From Felis catus (lineage: Eukaryota): a DNA stretch of 64,000 bases. The notes beneath the pieces were generated by a model, which was not told the origin of the DNA, made no database searches, and saw nothing but the letters and a program-made list of their open reading frames with translations. Position numbers and translations under genes: made by a program. The stretch spans positions 41,850,001 through 41,914,000 of the forward strand of contig NC_058374.1 in NCBI RefSeq assembly GCF_018350175.1. Direction: 5' to 3'. Shown here in pieces: positions 63,811-64,000 of this stretch; position 1 is the first letter of the stretch, and every line of letters starts with the position of its first letter.

Positions 63811-63889
63811 GAGGAGGAGAACGGAGCTGAGGAGGAAGAAGAAGAAACTGCTGAGGACGGAGAGGAGGAGGATGAGGGGGAAGAAGAAG
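63811..63889 (+). CDS. PTMS: Parathymosin exon 3 (acidic tract); the remaining exons lie beyond the window
   Basis: cccgcAG acceptor; EEENGAEEEEEETAEDGEEEDEGEEE; GT donor at 63890. Confidence 0.93.
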
Positions 63890-64000
63890 GTGGGGAGGGG
63901 CAGGGGAGGCTGGGCTCAAAGGAACAGAGTCAGGGTGGGCTTGAAGACCTGAAGCAGGGCTGAGGGCGACCACAGGGGGTCTGTGCCAGAGCTTCCTGCC

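Overview
Mammalian genomic DNA, most likely a felid: it contains many carnivore Can-SINEs, including a young SINEC_Fc-type copy. The window holds the conserved gene block PIANP (-, last exon beyond position 1), COPS7A (+, complete 275-aa CDS in 7 coding exons), MLF2 (-, about 247 aa, one internal exon hidden in an N gap) and PTMS (+, exons 2-3 visible, exon 1 in an N gap, 3' part beyond the window). Each gene has a CpG-island promoter. The intergenic DNA is mostly L1, L2, MIR, Can-SINE, MLT1 and MER repeats, with several nested insertions, and there are 14 sized N gaps. I see no evidence of a new multi-gene system. The most interesting observations are small-scale: a PIANP 5' UTR uORF whose stop codon is created by splicing and which is in frame with a (GCC)16 repeat; a perfect 33-bp inverted repeat flanking a gap; a candidate retrocopied mRNA 3' end inside an old L1; a stop-free, frame-preserving PTMS intron; and ETS-CRE and CTCF motifs at MLF2. 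Gene and repeat-family names come from recognising sequence by eye, not from database searches.
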